A stretch of DNA of 63,944 bases, the filler included, from Octopus bimaculoides (Eukaryota): assembly GCF_001194135.2 (NCBI RefSeq). It is 11 parts of 9 records of this genome, joined end to end, with 100 filler letters (N's around TTAATTAATTAA, not from the genome) between each part and the next. Parts side by side here need not be neighbours in the genome. Positions count along the whole stretch, not along the records: positions 50,612 to 58,165 come from NC_069009.1; positions 58,266 to 60,181 come from NC_069002.1; positions 60,282 to 62,705 come from NW_026382801.1; positions 62,806 to 63,944 come from NW_026351308.1; 7 more parts are not named here. One strand, 5' to 3'. A program made the position numbers and the translations under genes. Positions within the stretch are counted from its first letter, which is position 1, and each line of letters begins with the position of its first letter. This document shows, piece by piece, positions 50,880-63,109 of the stretch. Under the pieces are notes generated by a model, which worked only from the letters and a program-made list of their open reading frames with translations, was not told the DNA's origin and made no database searches.

Positions 50880-51228
50880 AAGACTACAATTTTATTTTTC
50901 ATGAGGATACATAAGAAATAAGACTTATAGGTTTATGATACAAGACCAGCAGCAACTGAGAAATTGAGGGCAACCACTGAACAAGAAAGCACACAAATTC
51001 CCAATGAAATGCCCCTTGATGGTTGTGATTCCATTGCTTTATGGTATCAGCACTGTCTGGGCAAGAAAGATCATTATTTACATTATTTACATTTGATGGA
51101 TATTTGTCCTCATCTTGTTTGTTGTTAACACAACGTTTCGGCTGATATACCCTCCAGCCTTCATCAGGTGTCTTGGGGAAATCTCAAACCTGGGTCCTCT
51201 ATCCTCTATGGGCATTAATCTGGCCCTG
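50880..51228 (+). mobile_element. Tc1/mariner-superfamily transposase C-terminus and right end, interrupted by a hammerhead-bearing insert (~51070-51200)
   Basis: VYDTRPAATEKLRATTEQESTQIPNEMPLDGCDSIALWYQHCLGKK resembles the post-DDD/E helix; ends ..TCTGGCCCTG followed by TA. Confidence 0.55.
51127..51172 (-). ncRNA. Minimal type-I hammerhead ribozyme, intact core with an extra A after A9
   Basis: GACAC-CUGAUGA-A-GGCUG(GAGGGUAUAU)CAGCC-GAAAC-GU-U-GUGUU; helix I and II 5 bp each, palindromic AACGUU at helix III. Confidence 0.8.
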
Positions 51229-51777
51229 TATCCCTATATATGCTATGTATATCTTTCTCTGGAATTGATACTTGTAGTACATTTAGATATATAAATAATA
51301 GCTATCATTTATAGCTTTCTATGTACTTTCAGAACCAATTCCAAAAGAAGAATTATTCCACGGTTGCTTCAAAGTTTATAAAATTCTTACGACATCAATA
51401 ATATATATACATATATACATACGCATATATATACATAGGAATATGTACATATACAATGACATCTCTCACATCATTCCATTATCTGCAAAATCAAAATTGA
51501 ATTTATGCCACAACATACCAACTCACCAACCAGCCTACCAGCCTACAGACTAACCAAACTTCCCACCCCTTATCGACCACCCCCCCATCCCCCAGCCAAC
51601 CACTGTGATATACCTATGGTAACTAATATCGCTTAAAGGTTCATACTGTCATACATGGAATTTACCTCTAAGCCTGGAGATTTCTATGACATTCTGAAAT
51701 GCCAGAAGCAAGTTCCACTATATATGGGTACATGCATCAATATAAATAAAATGTATGTATGTATATGTGTATATATA

Positions 51778-51818
<41 letters not shown>

Positions 51819-51935
51819 TAGATGTGTGTGTGAAGGTATATATGTATATGTAAATGTGTGTGTATATATGTATATATGTGTGTGTGTATAGATGTAGATG
51901 TGTGTATATATATATGTAGATAGAAAGACAAGTAT

Positions 51936-51976
<41 letters not shown>

Positions 51977-52108
51977 CATGCACACAGACATTTTATATGT
52001 ATACATAGATATAAACATCTGCATGTGTATATGTGCATGTATGCACACATGCATGTATATGTATAAACATACCCACATAGGTACATGCATATATATATAT
52101 GTGTGTGT

Positions 52109-52142
<34 letters not shown>

Positions 52143-52292
52143 TCACATAGATATAATCATCTGTGTGTGTGCATGTGTGTGTGTGTGTGTGTGTAGTTAA
52201 CTACCTGTAAGGTTGTCTTGAAGCTTACTCTGTCTGGTAAACATTCCATATCAGTGATATGGAAGTATAACTTCAAGTGCATGTTACAAACA

Positions 52293-52795
52293 AGGTAGAT
52301 AGATCTGGTAGAAATAACAGCCAAATCTCCCTCAAATCACACCCTACTTTCTTATGTGTGTGTGTGTGTATGTATGTATGAGCCAATGAGCAAGACTTCT
52401 ACTAGGTAGCTAGACCTGATAGAAAAAGCAGTCAAATCTCTCTCAAATCACACCCCGCTGTCTTATGTATATATGAGCCAGTGAGAGAGACCTTTACATG
52501 GTAGCTAGACCCAATAGAAATAGCAGTCAAATCTTCCTCAAATCACACCCTACAGCCTGATATATATATATACATGTATGTATGAGCCAATGAGAGAGAC
52601 ATCTTCATCATAGTCAGACCTGGTAGAAATAGCAGCCAAATCTCCCTCAAATCACACCCTGGTATTTTATGTATGTATATATGTATGAGCCAGTGAGGGA
52701 GACTTCTACATGGTAGCTAGACCTGGTAGAAATAGCTGCCAAATCTCCCTCAAATTACACCCTACTGTCTTATTTATGTATATATCTATGTATGA
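52293..52795 (+). repeat. Five tandem ~95-111-bp units, each with an internal microsatellite
   Basis: TAGAAA.AGCAG.CAAATCT.CCTCAAATCACACCC recurs (CAAATCT at 52322, 52433, 52528, 52637, 52740). Confidence 0.9.
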
Positions 52796-52799
52796 AAAT

Positions 52800-52920
52800 C
52801 CCTTCAGAGTTGATAAAATAAGTACCAGTTGAACACTGGGGTCGATGTAATCAACTTATCTCCTCCCCCAAAACTGCAGGCCTTGTGCCAAAATTTGAAA
52901 TTACCATCATTATTATTATT
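52800..52920 (+). mobile_element. Nin/Deu-domain SINE 3' fragment
   Basis: TTGATAAAATAAGTACCAGTTGAACACTGGGGTCGATGTAATC..GGCCTTGTGCCAAAATTTGAAA-(ATT)n. Confidence 0.75.
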
Positions 52921-52929
52921 GTTTGTAGC

Positions 52930-52961
<32 letters not shown>

Positions 52962-54007
52962 CAGCAGCCGCAGCAGCAGTAGTAGAAGTCACCTTGGTGG
53001 TTATATATTTCAGTAATTAACTACTCGCATAGTTGTGTCGTTATTATCGTAACACTAATGACTTCCATTAATTNNNNNNNNNNNNNNNNNNNNNNNNNNN
53101 NNNNNNNNNNNNNNNNNNNNNNNNNNNNNNNNNNNNNNNNNNNNNNNNNNNNNNNNNNNNNNNNNNNNNNNNNNNNNNNNNNNNNNNNNNNNNNNNNNNN
53201 NNNNNNNNNNNNNNNNNNNNNNNNNNNNNNNNNNNNNNNNNNNNNNNNNNNNNNNNNNNNNNNNNNNNNNNNNNNNNNNNNNNNNNNNNNNNNNNNNNNN
53301 NNNNNNNNNNNNNNNNNNNNNNNNNNNNNNNNNNNNNNNNNNNNNNNNNNNNNNNNNNNNNNNNNNNNNNNNNNNNNNNNNNNNNNNNNNNNNNNNNNNN
53401 NNNNNNNNNNNNNNNNNNNNNNNNNNNNNNNNNNNNNNNNNNNNNNNNNNNNNNNNNNNNNNNNNNNNNNNNNNNNNNNNNNNNNNNNNNNNNNNNNNNN
53501 NNNNNNNNNNNNNNNNNNNNNNNNNNNNNNNNNNNNNNNNNNNNNNNNNNNNNNNNNNNNNNNNNNNNNNNNNNNNNNNNNNNNNNNNNNNNNNNNNNNN
53601 NNNNNNNNNNNNNNNNNNNNNNNNNNNNNNNNNNNNNNNNNNNNNNNNNNNNNNNNNNNNNNNNNNNNNNNNNNNNNNNNNNNNNNNNNNNNNNNNNNNN
53701 NNNNNNNNNNNNNNNNNNNNNNNNNNNNNNNNNNNNNNNNNNNNNNNNNNNNNNNNNNNNNNNNNNNNNNNNNNNNNNNNNNNNNNNNNNNNNNNNNNNN
53801 NNNNNNNNNNNNNNNNNNNNNNNNNNNNNNNNNNTAGCTATTTTCTCTTCTCACATATTTTATATTCATTTTTGATAAGGTTTTTAAAACAACCCGAAAC
53901 ATGTAAATTAAATAAAACCCCAAAACATGTTTTAAAAATGTGGCATTTTCATTTTTATTCATTTTCGGTATCTACTTACTCGTGTAGTACTTTTACAAAT
54001 CTTTTCA

Positions 54008-54038
<31 letters not shown>

Positions 54039-54224
54039 CAAGAATAAGGAAGTTGTCATAATTTTGGATACCTATTTATTTAAGTCTCGTTTCTGTGAAT
54101 CATCAGAAATTATACATTTACAGAAAAATCTATGTCTTTGTATATATATATGAGGGGTTAGCTGAAAAAATCTGGGTCTGATTTGGGAACAGAATGTTCT
54201 TAGTTGTTCTGAATCTCTATAATC

Positions 54225-54605
54225 TTTACTCTTTTACTTGTTTCAGTCATTTGACTGCGGCCATGCTAGAGCACCGCCTTTAGTCAAGCAAATCGACCCC
54301 AGGACTTATTCTTTGTAAGCCTAGTACTTATTCTGTCAGTCTCTTTTGCCGAACCGCTAAGTTATGGGGATGTAAACACACTAGCATCGGTTGTCAAGCG
54401 ATGTTGGGGGGACAAACATAGACACATAAACATATACATATATACGACAAGCTTCTTTTTAGTTTCCCTATACCAAATTCACTCCCAAGGCTTTGGTTAG
54501 CCTGATGCTATAGTAGAAGACACTTGCCCAAGTTGCCATGCGGTTGGAATGAACCCGGAACCACATGGTTTGGAAGCAAGCTTCTTACCCCACAGCCCCG
54601 CCTGC
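54225..54605 (-). mobile_element. SINE family A, near full length
   Basis: Highly similar to 2049-2464. Confidence 0.9.
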
Positions 54606-56033
54606 TGCTAGATATGGAAATCTGTCTTCAGCATTATGCTCACCAACAGCCAGACACACTGACACACACATTTGCTAATACACATAAGCAGCTTCCCAAA
54701 CGCATGGATATTTAAGGAACCTCTACTAAATCCCTCTTAAACGTTGCCTGTTCTCTGGATTACACTCATCTTGCCATCAATATAATGGCTGTCTCGACCT
54801 TGGGGTCAGACGTTGGTTTCCCCCTACTGGACCTTCCTGCACAATGTAAGCGAAGGGTTCATGTCGAAGATTGGTGGGTGTGGTGGTGGTGGTCAGAATT
54901 TGTGGCAACGGTGATGTTGATGTTTGTTGTGATGATGATGTTGTTGTTGCTGTTGTTGGTGGTGGTGGTAGTGGTGAAGGTGATGATGGTGGTTGTGGTG
55001 GTGGTGGTGGTGGTTGTGGGGAAGGTAATGGTGGTGGTAATGGTGGTCTTGGTGGTGGTGGTGGTGGTTGTGGGGAAGGTGATGATGGTGGTTGTGGTGG
55101 TAATGGTGGTCTTGGTGGTGNNNNNNNNNNNNNNNNNNNNNNNNNNNNNNNNNNNNNNNNNNNNNNNNNNNNNNNNNNNNNNNNNNNNNNNNNNNNNNNN
55201 NNNNNNNNNNNNNNNNNNNNNNNNNNNNNNNNNNNNNNNNNNNNNNNNNNNNNNNNNNNNNNNNNNNNNNNNNNNNNNNNNNNNNNNNNNNNNNNNNNNN
55301 NNNNNNNNNNNNNNNNNNNNNNNNNNNNNNNNNNNTGGTGGTGATGATGGTGATGTTGGTGATTATGATGATAACAATGATGATTATTTTCACACTTATG
55401 ATGATGGTGGCAGAGGTGGCAGCAGTGGTGGGGTTGCAGGGGATTGTCCCTTTCTTTGCCCCATTTGTTTTAGGTGGTGGTGGTGGTGGTGGTGGTGGTA
55501 GTGATTGTGATGATGATAATGAACTTGTTAACTATGATGGTGATGATGATGGTGATGATGATGATGCTACTGCTGATGGTGATGTTGCTGCTGCTGATGA
55601 TAGCGATGATGATGGTGGTGGTGGTGGTGTTGGTGGTGGTGATGTTGGTGATGGTGGTGCCTGTGACATTGCTTTTACGAGGAATAACACAAGCAGCAGG
55701 GTATGGGTTGTAATTGGTGTGGTTGTTGCAGTGATGGCGGTAGTTGGGACGGACGGTGGTTGTAATGGTTGTAGCGCTCAGGGTAGAAGTGGTGGTTTCG
55801 TTGGGAGGTAGTAATCGTGGCTGTGGTAATGGCCATGTCAATGGACAAAATAACGACGATGGCCATTATGGTGAGGCCGATGGCTGTGGTGGGGTTGGTG
55901 GTGATGAGGGCGGTGGTGGTGGTGGTGGTGGTAGTGATGAGGCTGATGGTGATGATAACCATCATCATCATCATCATCATCATCATCATTACCACCGCCA
56001 TCCTTATTTTAGTGGTGGTGGTGGTGGTGGCGG

Positions 56034-56104
<71 letters not shown>

Positions 56105-56300
56105 GCATATGCAGGTGTAGCTATGTAGTTAAGTTTGCTTTTGTAACAGTATGGTTGCGGGTTCAGTTCCACTGCATGGTGCTGTAAGCAGATAATTTCT
56201 GTTATAGCCTCAAGCTGTCCCCAATACCCAGCTGCAGAAATTTGGTTAAGTGAGAACTCTATAGAAGTACATTAAATAGATATCCAAATCCTCTTCCCCT

Positions 56301-56347
<47 letters not shown>

Positions 56348-56734
56348 ATTGTTTTGATGTTAGTTTTACATTTGCATGGTTAGGATACCTTTGCTGTCAC
56401 CAACCTTCACCTGTTTCCAAGCAAGGCAATATTTCCCCATGGTTGGTCATGTTTTACATTGAAAACAGAAATAAACAACACTGCTTATATGATAGTGACA
56501 CAAGCATACCTAGAACCATATATATACTTATACAATGGGCTTCTTTCAGTTTCCATTTATCAAATCCATTTGCAAAGCTTTGATCAGTTCGATGCTTTAA
56601 TAGAAGATACTTGCTAAATCGATGCACACTGGGACTGAACCAGAAACCTGGAGGGAAGATTGTTAACCAAACAGCTGTACCAACATATATGTCTTTATAA
56701 GCACACATCACCGGATCGCCTCCCTTAAATGCTT

Positions 56735-57010
56735 CAAAACATTCCAGTAGAATTCATGGTGTACTAGTGCTTCAAACGTTTCCAGGATGGCTGAAAAATG
56801 TTGAAATTGATGAACGTTCTGGGCGACCTGCTACCAGCAGAACTGAGAAAAACATCAGAGATGTGTGTGCAGCTGCGAGTTGAAATCGTCGAATTACCTT
56901 CCGTGAATTATCAAAGGATGTGTAGATTAGTTGCAGTTCAGTTCAGTCTATTATCACTGAAAATTTGGGCATGAGACACATGTCTGCCAAGTTTAACTGC
57001 TTCCAGTTGA
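56735..57010 (+). mobile_element. Mariner transposase HTH-region fragment
   Basis: KNVEIDERSGRPATSRTEKNIRDV..RRITFRELSKDV..SSVQSIITENLGMRHMSAKF. Confidence 0.8.
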
Positions 57011-57103
57011 CCAAAAAGACATTCATGGTTTCAGTTGCACATACACTCACATGTACAAATACATACACACATATATTTGCATGAGTGCACACACACATAT
57101 ATG

Positions 57104-57137
<34 letters not shown>

Positions 57138-57249
57138 CATAAACACACACATACATATATATAGTCTCATGCATGCACACACACACACACAGAGTACCAA
57201 GCTTTAATTCTCATGAACAAGCAAGGAACCAAGTGCTGAGTTAACCCTG

Positions 57250-57546
57250 CACTTTCATCCTTTTGAAAACTTTGTGTAGGCCTCTGAGCAAGTATCACCA
57301 AGCTTTCGGCAAAATTTGATTCAGATTCTCTGCTCAACTTTCTCTGTCATGGGTAATACAATGATCACACGCTACACGCCTTCCTTCCAAGCATTGCTGT
57401 AAATAGCAGACGTGAACGAGAATGTTAAAACTTAGTGCACATGCACAGCAGAGTTGAAGGTCATCCTGTGCCAAGCAGCTTCACTCTTCATGGTTTAGCC
57501 TTGTTACTATAGCAACAGCCTGGATAATTATTGATCAGACCATGTA
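57250..57546 (-). mobile_element. Mariner element 5' end (TIR, leader and start of ORF)
   Basis: TA-CATGGTCTGATCAATAATTATCC TIR; ATG at 57350 gives MTEKVEQRI*IKFCRKLGDTCSEAYTK. Confidence 0.8.
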
Positions 57547-57843
57547 TATACATGAGCCTGTGTATTTTTGTGAATTTATATTTGCCTTTGATGAGGATGA
57601 TGGTAGTGGTGGTGGTGGTGATGATCATGACCATGGCAGCTGTGATGTTGGTAATAATGGTGTTGATGATAATGATGATGATGATGATGATGATGACTAT
57701 TATTGTGTTGACTAAAATGATGATGATTCTAATAAGAACAACAATGACAATATTGCTGCTGATGATGATGATGACAGCAGCAAATATAACTCCCAGAAGA
57801 TATGAATAGAACCCAAGTACAACAGGCATTTCACGTCTTGCAT

Positions 57844-58165
57844 ACAAACAGGCCCTTGGTATTTCAAACCAGAACCCTAAACAAACGGCCCCTTACTATT
57901 TCAAACTAGAACCCTAAACAAACTGGCCCTTGATATTTCAAACCAGAACCCTAAACAAACTGGCCCTTGATATTTCAAACTAGAACCCTAAACAAACTGG
58001 CCCTTGATATTTCAAACTAGAACCCTAAACAAACAGGCCCTTGATATTTCAAACCAGAACCCTAAACAAACTGGCCCTTGATATTTCAAACCAGAACCCT
58101 AAACAAATTGGCCCTTGATATTTCAAACCAGAACCCTAAACAAATTGGCCCTTGATATTTCAAAC
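57844..58165. repeat. 37-bp tandem minisatellite, about 8.7 units, running into a gap
   Basis: Unit AAACAAACTGGCCCTTGATATTTCAAACCAGAACCCT; ATTTCAAAC recurs every 37 bp from 57861 to 58157. Confidence 0.95.
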
Positions 58166-58265
58166 NNNNNNNNNNNNNNNNNNNNNNNNNNNNNNNNNNN
58201 NNNNNNNNNTTAATTAATTAANNNNNNNNNNNNNNNNNNNNNNNNNNNNNNNNNNNNNNNNNNNN

Positions 58266-58336
<71 letters not shown>

Positions 58337-58524
58337 TAATAATAATAATGATAATAATAATAATATTGTTTAAGGAACAGGTTAGGTTGAGTAGTTAGTG
58401 AGGGGGTGTTAGTAAAGGTGAAGGTGGCGGCGGTGGTGGTGGTGGTGTGTGTGTGGGGGCGGCGATGTCCTCTACTCTTCCAGAGATTTCCGAGGAAATA
58501 AAAAAATATCGTGATTGTACGTGT

Positions 58525-58562
<38 letters not shown>

Positions 58563-59019
58563 AGAGAGAGAAGAAAAAGAGAGATAGCAGGAAGAGAGAG
58601 AGAGAGAGTTTAGATTTCAATGTACCCGATTACATTGGCTGGTCAAATGATCAGGTGATCAACAATATAAAAATTAAACTAAAAACAACAATAAAACTAT
58701 AAGACATTTTTTTGTTTCGTTTTTTTNNNNNNNNNNNNNNNNNNNNNNNNNNNNNNNNNNNNNNNNNNNNNNNNNNNNNNNNNNNNNNNNNNNNNNNNNN
58801 NNNNNNNNNNNNNNNNNNNNNNNNNNNNNNNNNNNNNNNNNNNNNNNNNNNNNNNNNNNNNNNNNNNNNNNNNNNNNNNNNNNNNNNNNNNNNNNNNNNN
58901 NNNNNNNNNNNNNNNNNNNNNNNNNNNNNNNNNNNNNNNNNNNNNNNNNNNNNNNNNNNNNNNNNNNNNNNNNNNNNNNNNNNNNNNNNNNNNNNNNNNT
59001 ATATATATATATATATTCA

Positions 59020-59230
59020 TGTGTGTGCGTCTTTGTGTCTGTGTTTGTCCCCAAACAGTCGTTTGATAACCCCGATGTTGTCCCCGGAACTTAGCGGTTC
59101 GGCAAAAAGGTCCGATAGAATAAGTACTAGGCTCACACGAGACCATAGGTCGATTTATTCGACTAAAACCCTTTTAACACCGTCCTCCAGCTGGCCGCAG
59201 TCCATCTGAAACAAGTAAAAGAATAAAAGA
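59020..59230 (+). mobile_element. SINE family A, 3' half
   Basis: GAACTTAGCGGTTCGGCAAAA..GAATAAGTACTAGGCT..GGTCGATTTATTCGAC..(AAAAGAAT)n. Confidence 0.85.
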
Positions 59231-59243
59231 ATAAATATATATA

Positions 59244-59649
59244 TTAGGTTGTGCGATTTTTCGAAAACATTTTTTCAAATTCGATTTAAGATGTTATTTT
59301 TGTAGTGATTTAGACGAAATTTTACGTGCGTAATAATTGATCTGTACTCTTTGAGAAATTGTTATTGATTTCTTTCAGAATATAATTTCGAAGCGTAGAA
59401 ATCCTTAATTTCAAGCATGTATATGCATTTACTTCTTTTGCATGAATTCAAGCTCGGACATAATGCTTCCCAAACAGCCGCCAATATCAACTGAGCGTAG
59501 AGTGAAGGGTCCACTAGCGATCGTACGGTACGACGATGGTTTCAAAGATTCCGTAGTATGTGCATGCATTCATACTTAAATATATATGAACATATTTACA
59601 TATGTATATATATATATATATATATATGTATAAAATTCCTCCCTTTCTG

Positions 59650-59681
<32 letters not shown>

Positions 59682-60035
59682 TGTATGTATGTATGTATGT
59701 ATGTATATATATGCATATGTGTTTGTGTGTTTTGCGTTGTGCTGTGTTTTGTGTGTGTATGCAGTTATGACATTGATTTTCAGAAACCTGAAATTCCACA
59801 ACCTTGTCGGATTACTTTCCTCTATGTCACCTAACTTTCTCTCAGCTACAACTTCTAGTCGTTATGCTCTCCAACGCCGTTGACTCTTCACCAAATACAT
59901 GAAGCCATATCTGAAAAGATGAAGACACATATAATCGTCAAATTTATCCCGAAACACCCTGAACTGGCTCTGGAGATATCTTAAACAATTCCAGGAAGGT
60001 AAACAGACAGTGGCACAAAATGTAACAGAAGGAGC
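59244..60035 (+). mobile_element. Decayed mariner (Hsmar1/cecropia-like), split by a microsatellite
   Basis: TA-TTAGGTTGTGC left terminus; [32 protein letters not shown] (59429-59557); the 3' portion is only weakly recognisable. Confidence 0.7.
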
Positions 60036-60281
60036 CATGACCCAGATGCGACCCGGCCCCATTTAAGTGTAAGGAGTAAAGGGTCAAAACACTTGAATGA
60101 GGCGAGGATTGTTTTCTGAAGACCTAATGTTCAACTCTCCATTAGAGTTTCTTTTGATATATATATATATATATATATATANNNNNNNNNNNNNNNNNNN
60201 NNNNNNNNNNNNNNNNNNNNNNNNNTTAATTAATTAANNNNNNNNNNNNNNNNNNNNNNNNNNNNNNNNNNNNNNNNNNNN

Positions 60282-62705
60282 CGGGAAAACCTGCTGACGG
60301 CCACTGACCAGATCTGTGGATGGTGCAAAGTCCCCTCTCGACCCAAAATAATGTGGTGGTGGAACAAAGTTGTTGACAAGGCTATTAGACAAAAGAAACA
60401 GGCTTGGAAGGACTGGAAAAACGGTGGTAGCAGAGAATTGTATCAGACTGCTTGAAGTGAAGCTAAGCGACAGGTTTATTTAGCCAGAGGGGAAGCAGAT
60501 GAGAAAAAATTTGCCAATGTTCTGCGCCGTGAGGACCAAAGACTTAAGGTATTTTGTGTTGCAAGACAGTGTGTGAGAGAGAATCGTGATGTTGTGGGAG
60601 AGAAATGTGTTCACATAGATGATGGTACGCTTGCACTAAATGAGGCTGCAAAGAAAGAGGTTTGGAGACGCCACTACGAAAGGTTGCTCAATAAAGAGAA
60701 TGAATAGGAGGAAGAGTGTCTGCCTAACATCAACCCAACAGAGGGACCAGCTATCCGAGTTGACAGTAACATGGTAGATAAAGCAATTAAGAGTATGAAG
60801 ACAGGGAAAGCCCCCGGCCCATCAGGAATCACTGCAGAGATGCTCAAAATATCTGCCAGTGTCAGTTATAGCCTAGTCACCCGTATTGTTAACCAGGTGA
60901 TACATGAAGGAGTCATACCCAATGACGGTGTAGCAGCAGCATAGTCAACTTCTGCAAAGGTAAAGGTGACTCTTTAGATACAAATAATTACAGAGGTATC
61001 AAGTTGTTATATCAAGTAATGAAAGTCACGGAGAGAGTCATAGCCCAACTAATTAGGGAGCGAGTCAGTTTAGATGAGATGCAGTTTGGGTTTGTGCCAG
61101 GGAAAAGCACCACTGATGCTATATTTCTGGTACGACAGCATAGCCAAAGATAAACCTCTGTACTTGGCTTTCGTTGACATGGACAAAGCCTTTGACAGGG
61201 TCCCCCAATCCCTTATCTGGTGGTCAATGAGGAAAATAGGGATAGAAGAATGGTTAGTGAGAGCTGTGCGAGCCATGTACAGAGACACTGTCAGTAAGGT
61301 GAGGGTTGGCAATGAGTACAGTGAACAATTCCGGGTAGAGGTAGGTGTCCACCAAGGTTCAGTCCTCAGCCCCCTCCTATTTATCCAGGCGATAACACAG
61401 GAATTCAAGACAGGATGCCCCTGGGAGCTCCTCTATGCTGATGACCTTGCACTGATTGCTGAGTCATTATCAGAACTAGAGAAGAAGTTTCAGGTCTGGA
61501 AGCAATGAGTAGAATCGAAGGGCCTTAGAGTCAACCTAGCTAAAACCAAAGTCCTCATAAGTAGGAAGGTAGACAAAACACAAACCCCTTCAGGTAGATG
61601 GCCCTGCTCGATCTGTAGAAAAGGCGTAGGTAGAAACTCTATAAGATGTACCCAGTGTAAGCTATGAACACATAAAGAGGTGCAGCAACATCAAATGAAG
61701 GTTAACTAGGAAGTCTTTGTATATGGCAGATGTTCAGGAGCAATAAACACTGAAAATGTGCAGAAAAGAACTTTGGCCACATTGCAGGGAGAAAAACAAG
61801 ACTTAGTTGATAGCTTCCGCTATCTAGGTGACCAACTTAGTAGTGGGGGAAGGTGCGCTAAAAGTGTAGCTGCTAGAATAAGAATAGCCTGGGCAAAGTT
61901 CAGAGAGCTCTTACCTCTGCTGGTGACAAGGGGCCTCTCACTCAGAGTAAAAGGCAGACTGTATGATGCATGTGTACAAACAGCCATACTTCATGGCAGT
62001 GAAACATGGGCTGTGACTGCTGAGGACATGTGTAAGCTCACAAGGAATGAAGCCAGTATTCTCCGATGGATGTGTAATGTCAGTGTGCATACTAGACAGA
62101 GTGTAAGTACCTTGAGAGAAAAGTTGAACCTAAGAAGCATCAGTTGTGGTGTGCACTGGTATGGNNNNNNNNNNATGAGGTGGTGAGGCACGACCTTCGA
62201 ACATTAGGCCCCACCGAGGCGATTACTTGTGACCGAGACCTTTGGAAATATGCTGTACGTGAGAAGATTTGGCAAGCCAAGTGAGACCTAAATCCAAGGC
62301 GTCTGCCAGGGGTTTTAGCCAGCCCACTTATGTGTACCTTCCTTCATTGGACACTAAACTCCGCTTGCGAAGACCCATTGAGGCAAGTGAAATCGAAATC
62401 AAACTAAATTCGACGACTGGCACCCATGCCAACATCGTCTCCTTCATTGGACACAAAACTCGGCTTGCAGAGACCTTTTGGGGCAAGCGAAAGCGAAATC
62501 GTGATGGCACCTGTGCCCAGTGTCACCTTCCTGGCCCTTGTGCCAGTGGCACGTGTAAAGACATTCAAGCGAGATCGTTTCGAGTGCCGCTTGACTGGCT
62601 CCTGTGCAGGTGGCACGTAAAATACACCATTTTGAGCGTGGCTGTTCTCAGTACCGCCTGACTGGCACCCACTACACTCTTGGAGTGGTTGGCGTTAGGA
62701 AGGGC
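60282..62705 (+). mobile_element. RTE-clade LINE, RT plus 3' UTR (5' end and tail in gaps), several stops and frameshifts
   Basis: GKAPGPSGITAEMLK, NYRGIKLL, QFGFVPGKSTTDAIF, AFVDMDKAFDRVP, GVHQGSVLSPLLF, YADD (61434-61445), FRYLG, LHGSETW; stop at 62282-62284; tail GGAGTGGTTGGCGTTAGGAAGGGC. Confidence 0.95.
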
Positions 62706-63053
62706 NNNNNNNNNNNNNNNNNNNNNNNNNNNNNNNNNNNNNNNNNNNNTTAATTAATTAANNNNNNNNNNNNNNNNNNNNNNNNNNNNNNNNNNNNNNN
62801 NNNNNGTGTGTGTATGTGTGTGTGTGTGTATGTGTGTGTCTGTATGTGTGTGTGTTTTGTGTGTGTATATACTATGGTATATATACATTTATATTTTTAT
62901 ATAACGTTGACCACTAAAGTGGACATTTAATGGGCTAGAAATAGACCACATGTGTCTACTAAGACCTAAATTGTTCTCAAAACGAAATTCAGCGAAATAC
63001 AAAAACGTATGCGGGCAAAACAGTGAAAATTACAGAAATAAAACATTATTACC

Positions 63054-63109
63054 CACGAACTAGTTTCGAAATCATCACTCTTACCGAATGTCTGTTTCTC
63101 TTCAGCGTG
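63054..63109 (-). ncRNA. Minimal type-I hammerhead ribozyme, intact core
   Basis: CACG-CUGAAGA-GAAA..UUUC-GAAAC-UA-GU-U-CGUG. Confidence 0.8.

Noticed and set aside
53862-53914. Decayed hammerhead candidate UUGAUAA-GG..CC-GAAAC-AU-GU-A (plus)
   Set aside because: Two core mismatches and a weak AU-only helix I in very AT-rich sequence; not distinguishable from chance by eye
54081-54112. Hammerhead candidate CUGAUGA-UUCACA-GAAAC (minus)
   Set aside because: No helix II pairing, no UH cleavage site in register, helix I unpaired
57844-58165. CRISPR-like array (37-bp repeats)
   Set aside because: Units are directly adjacent with no unique spacers, there are no cas genes, and the context is eukaryotic
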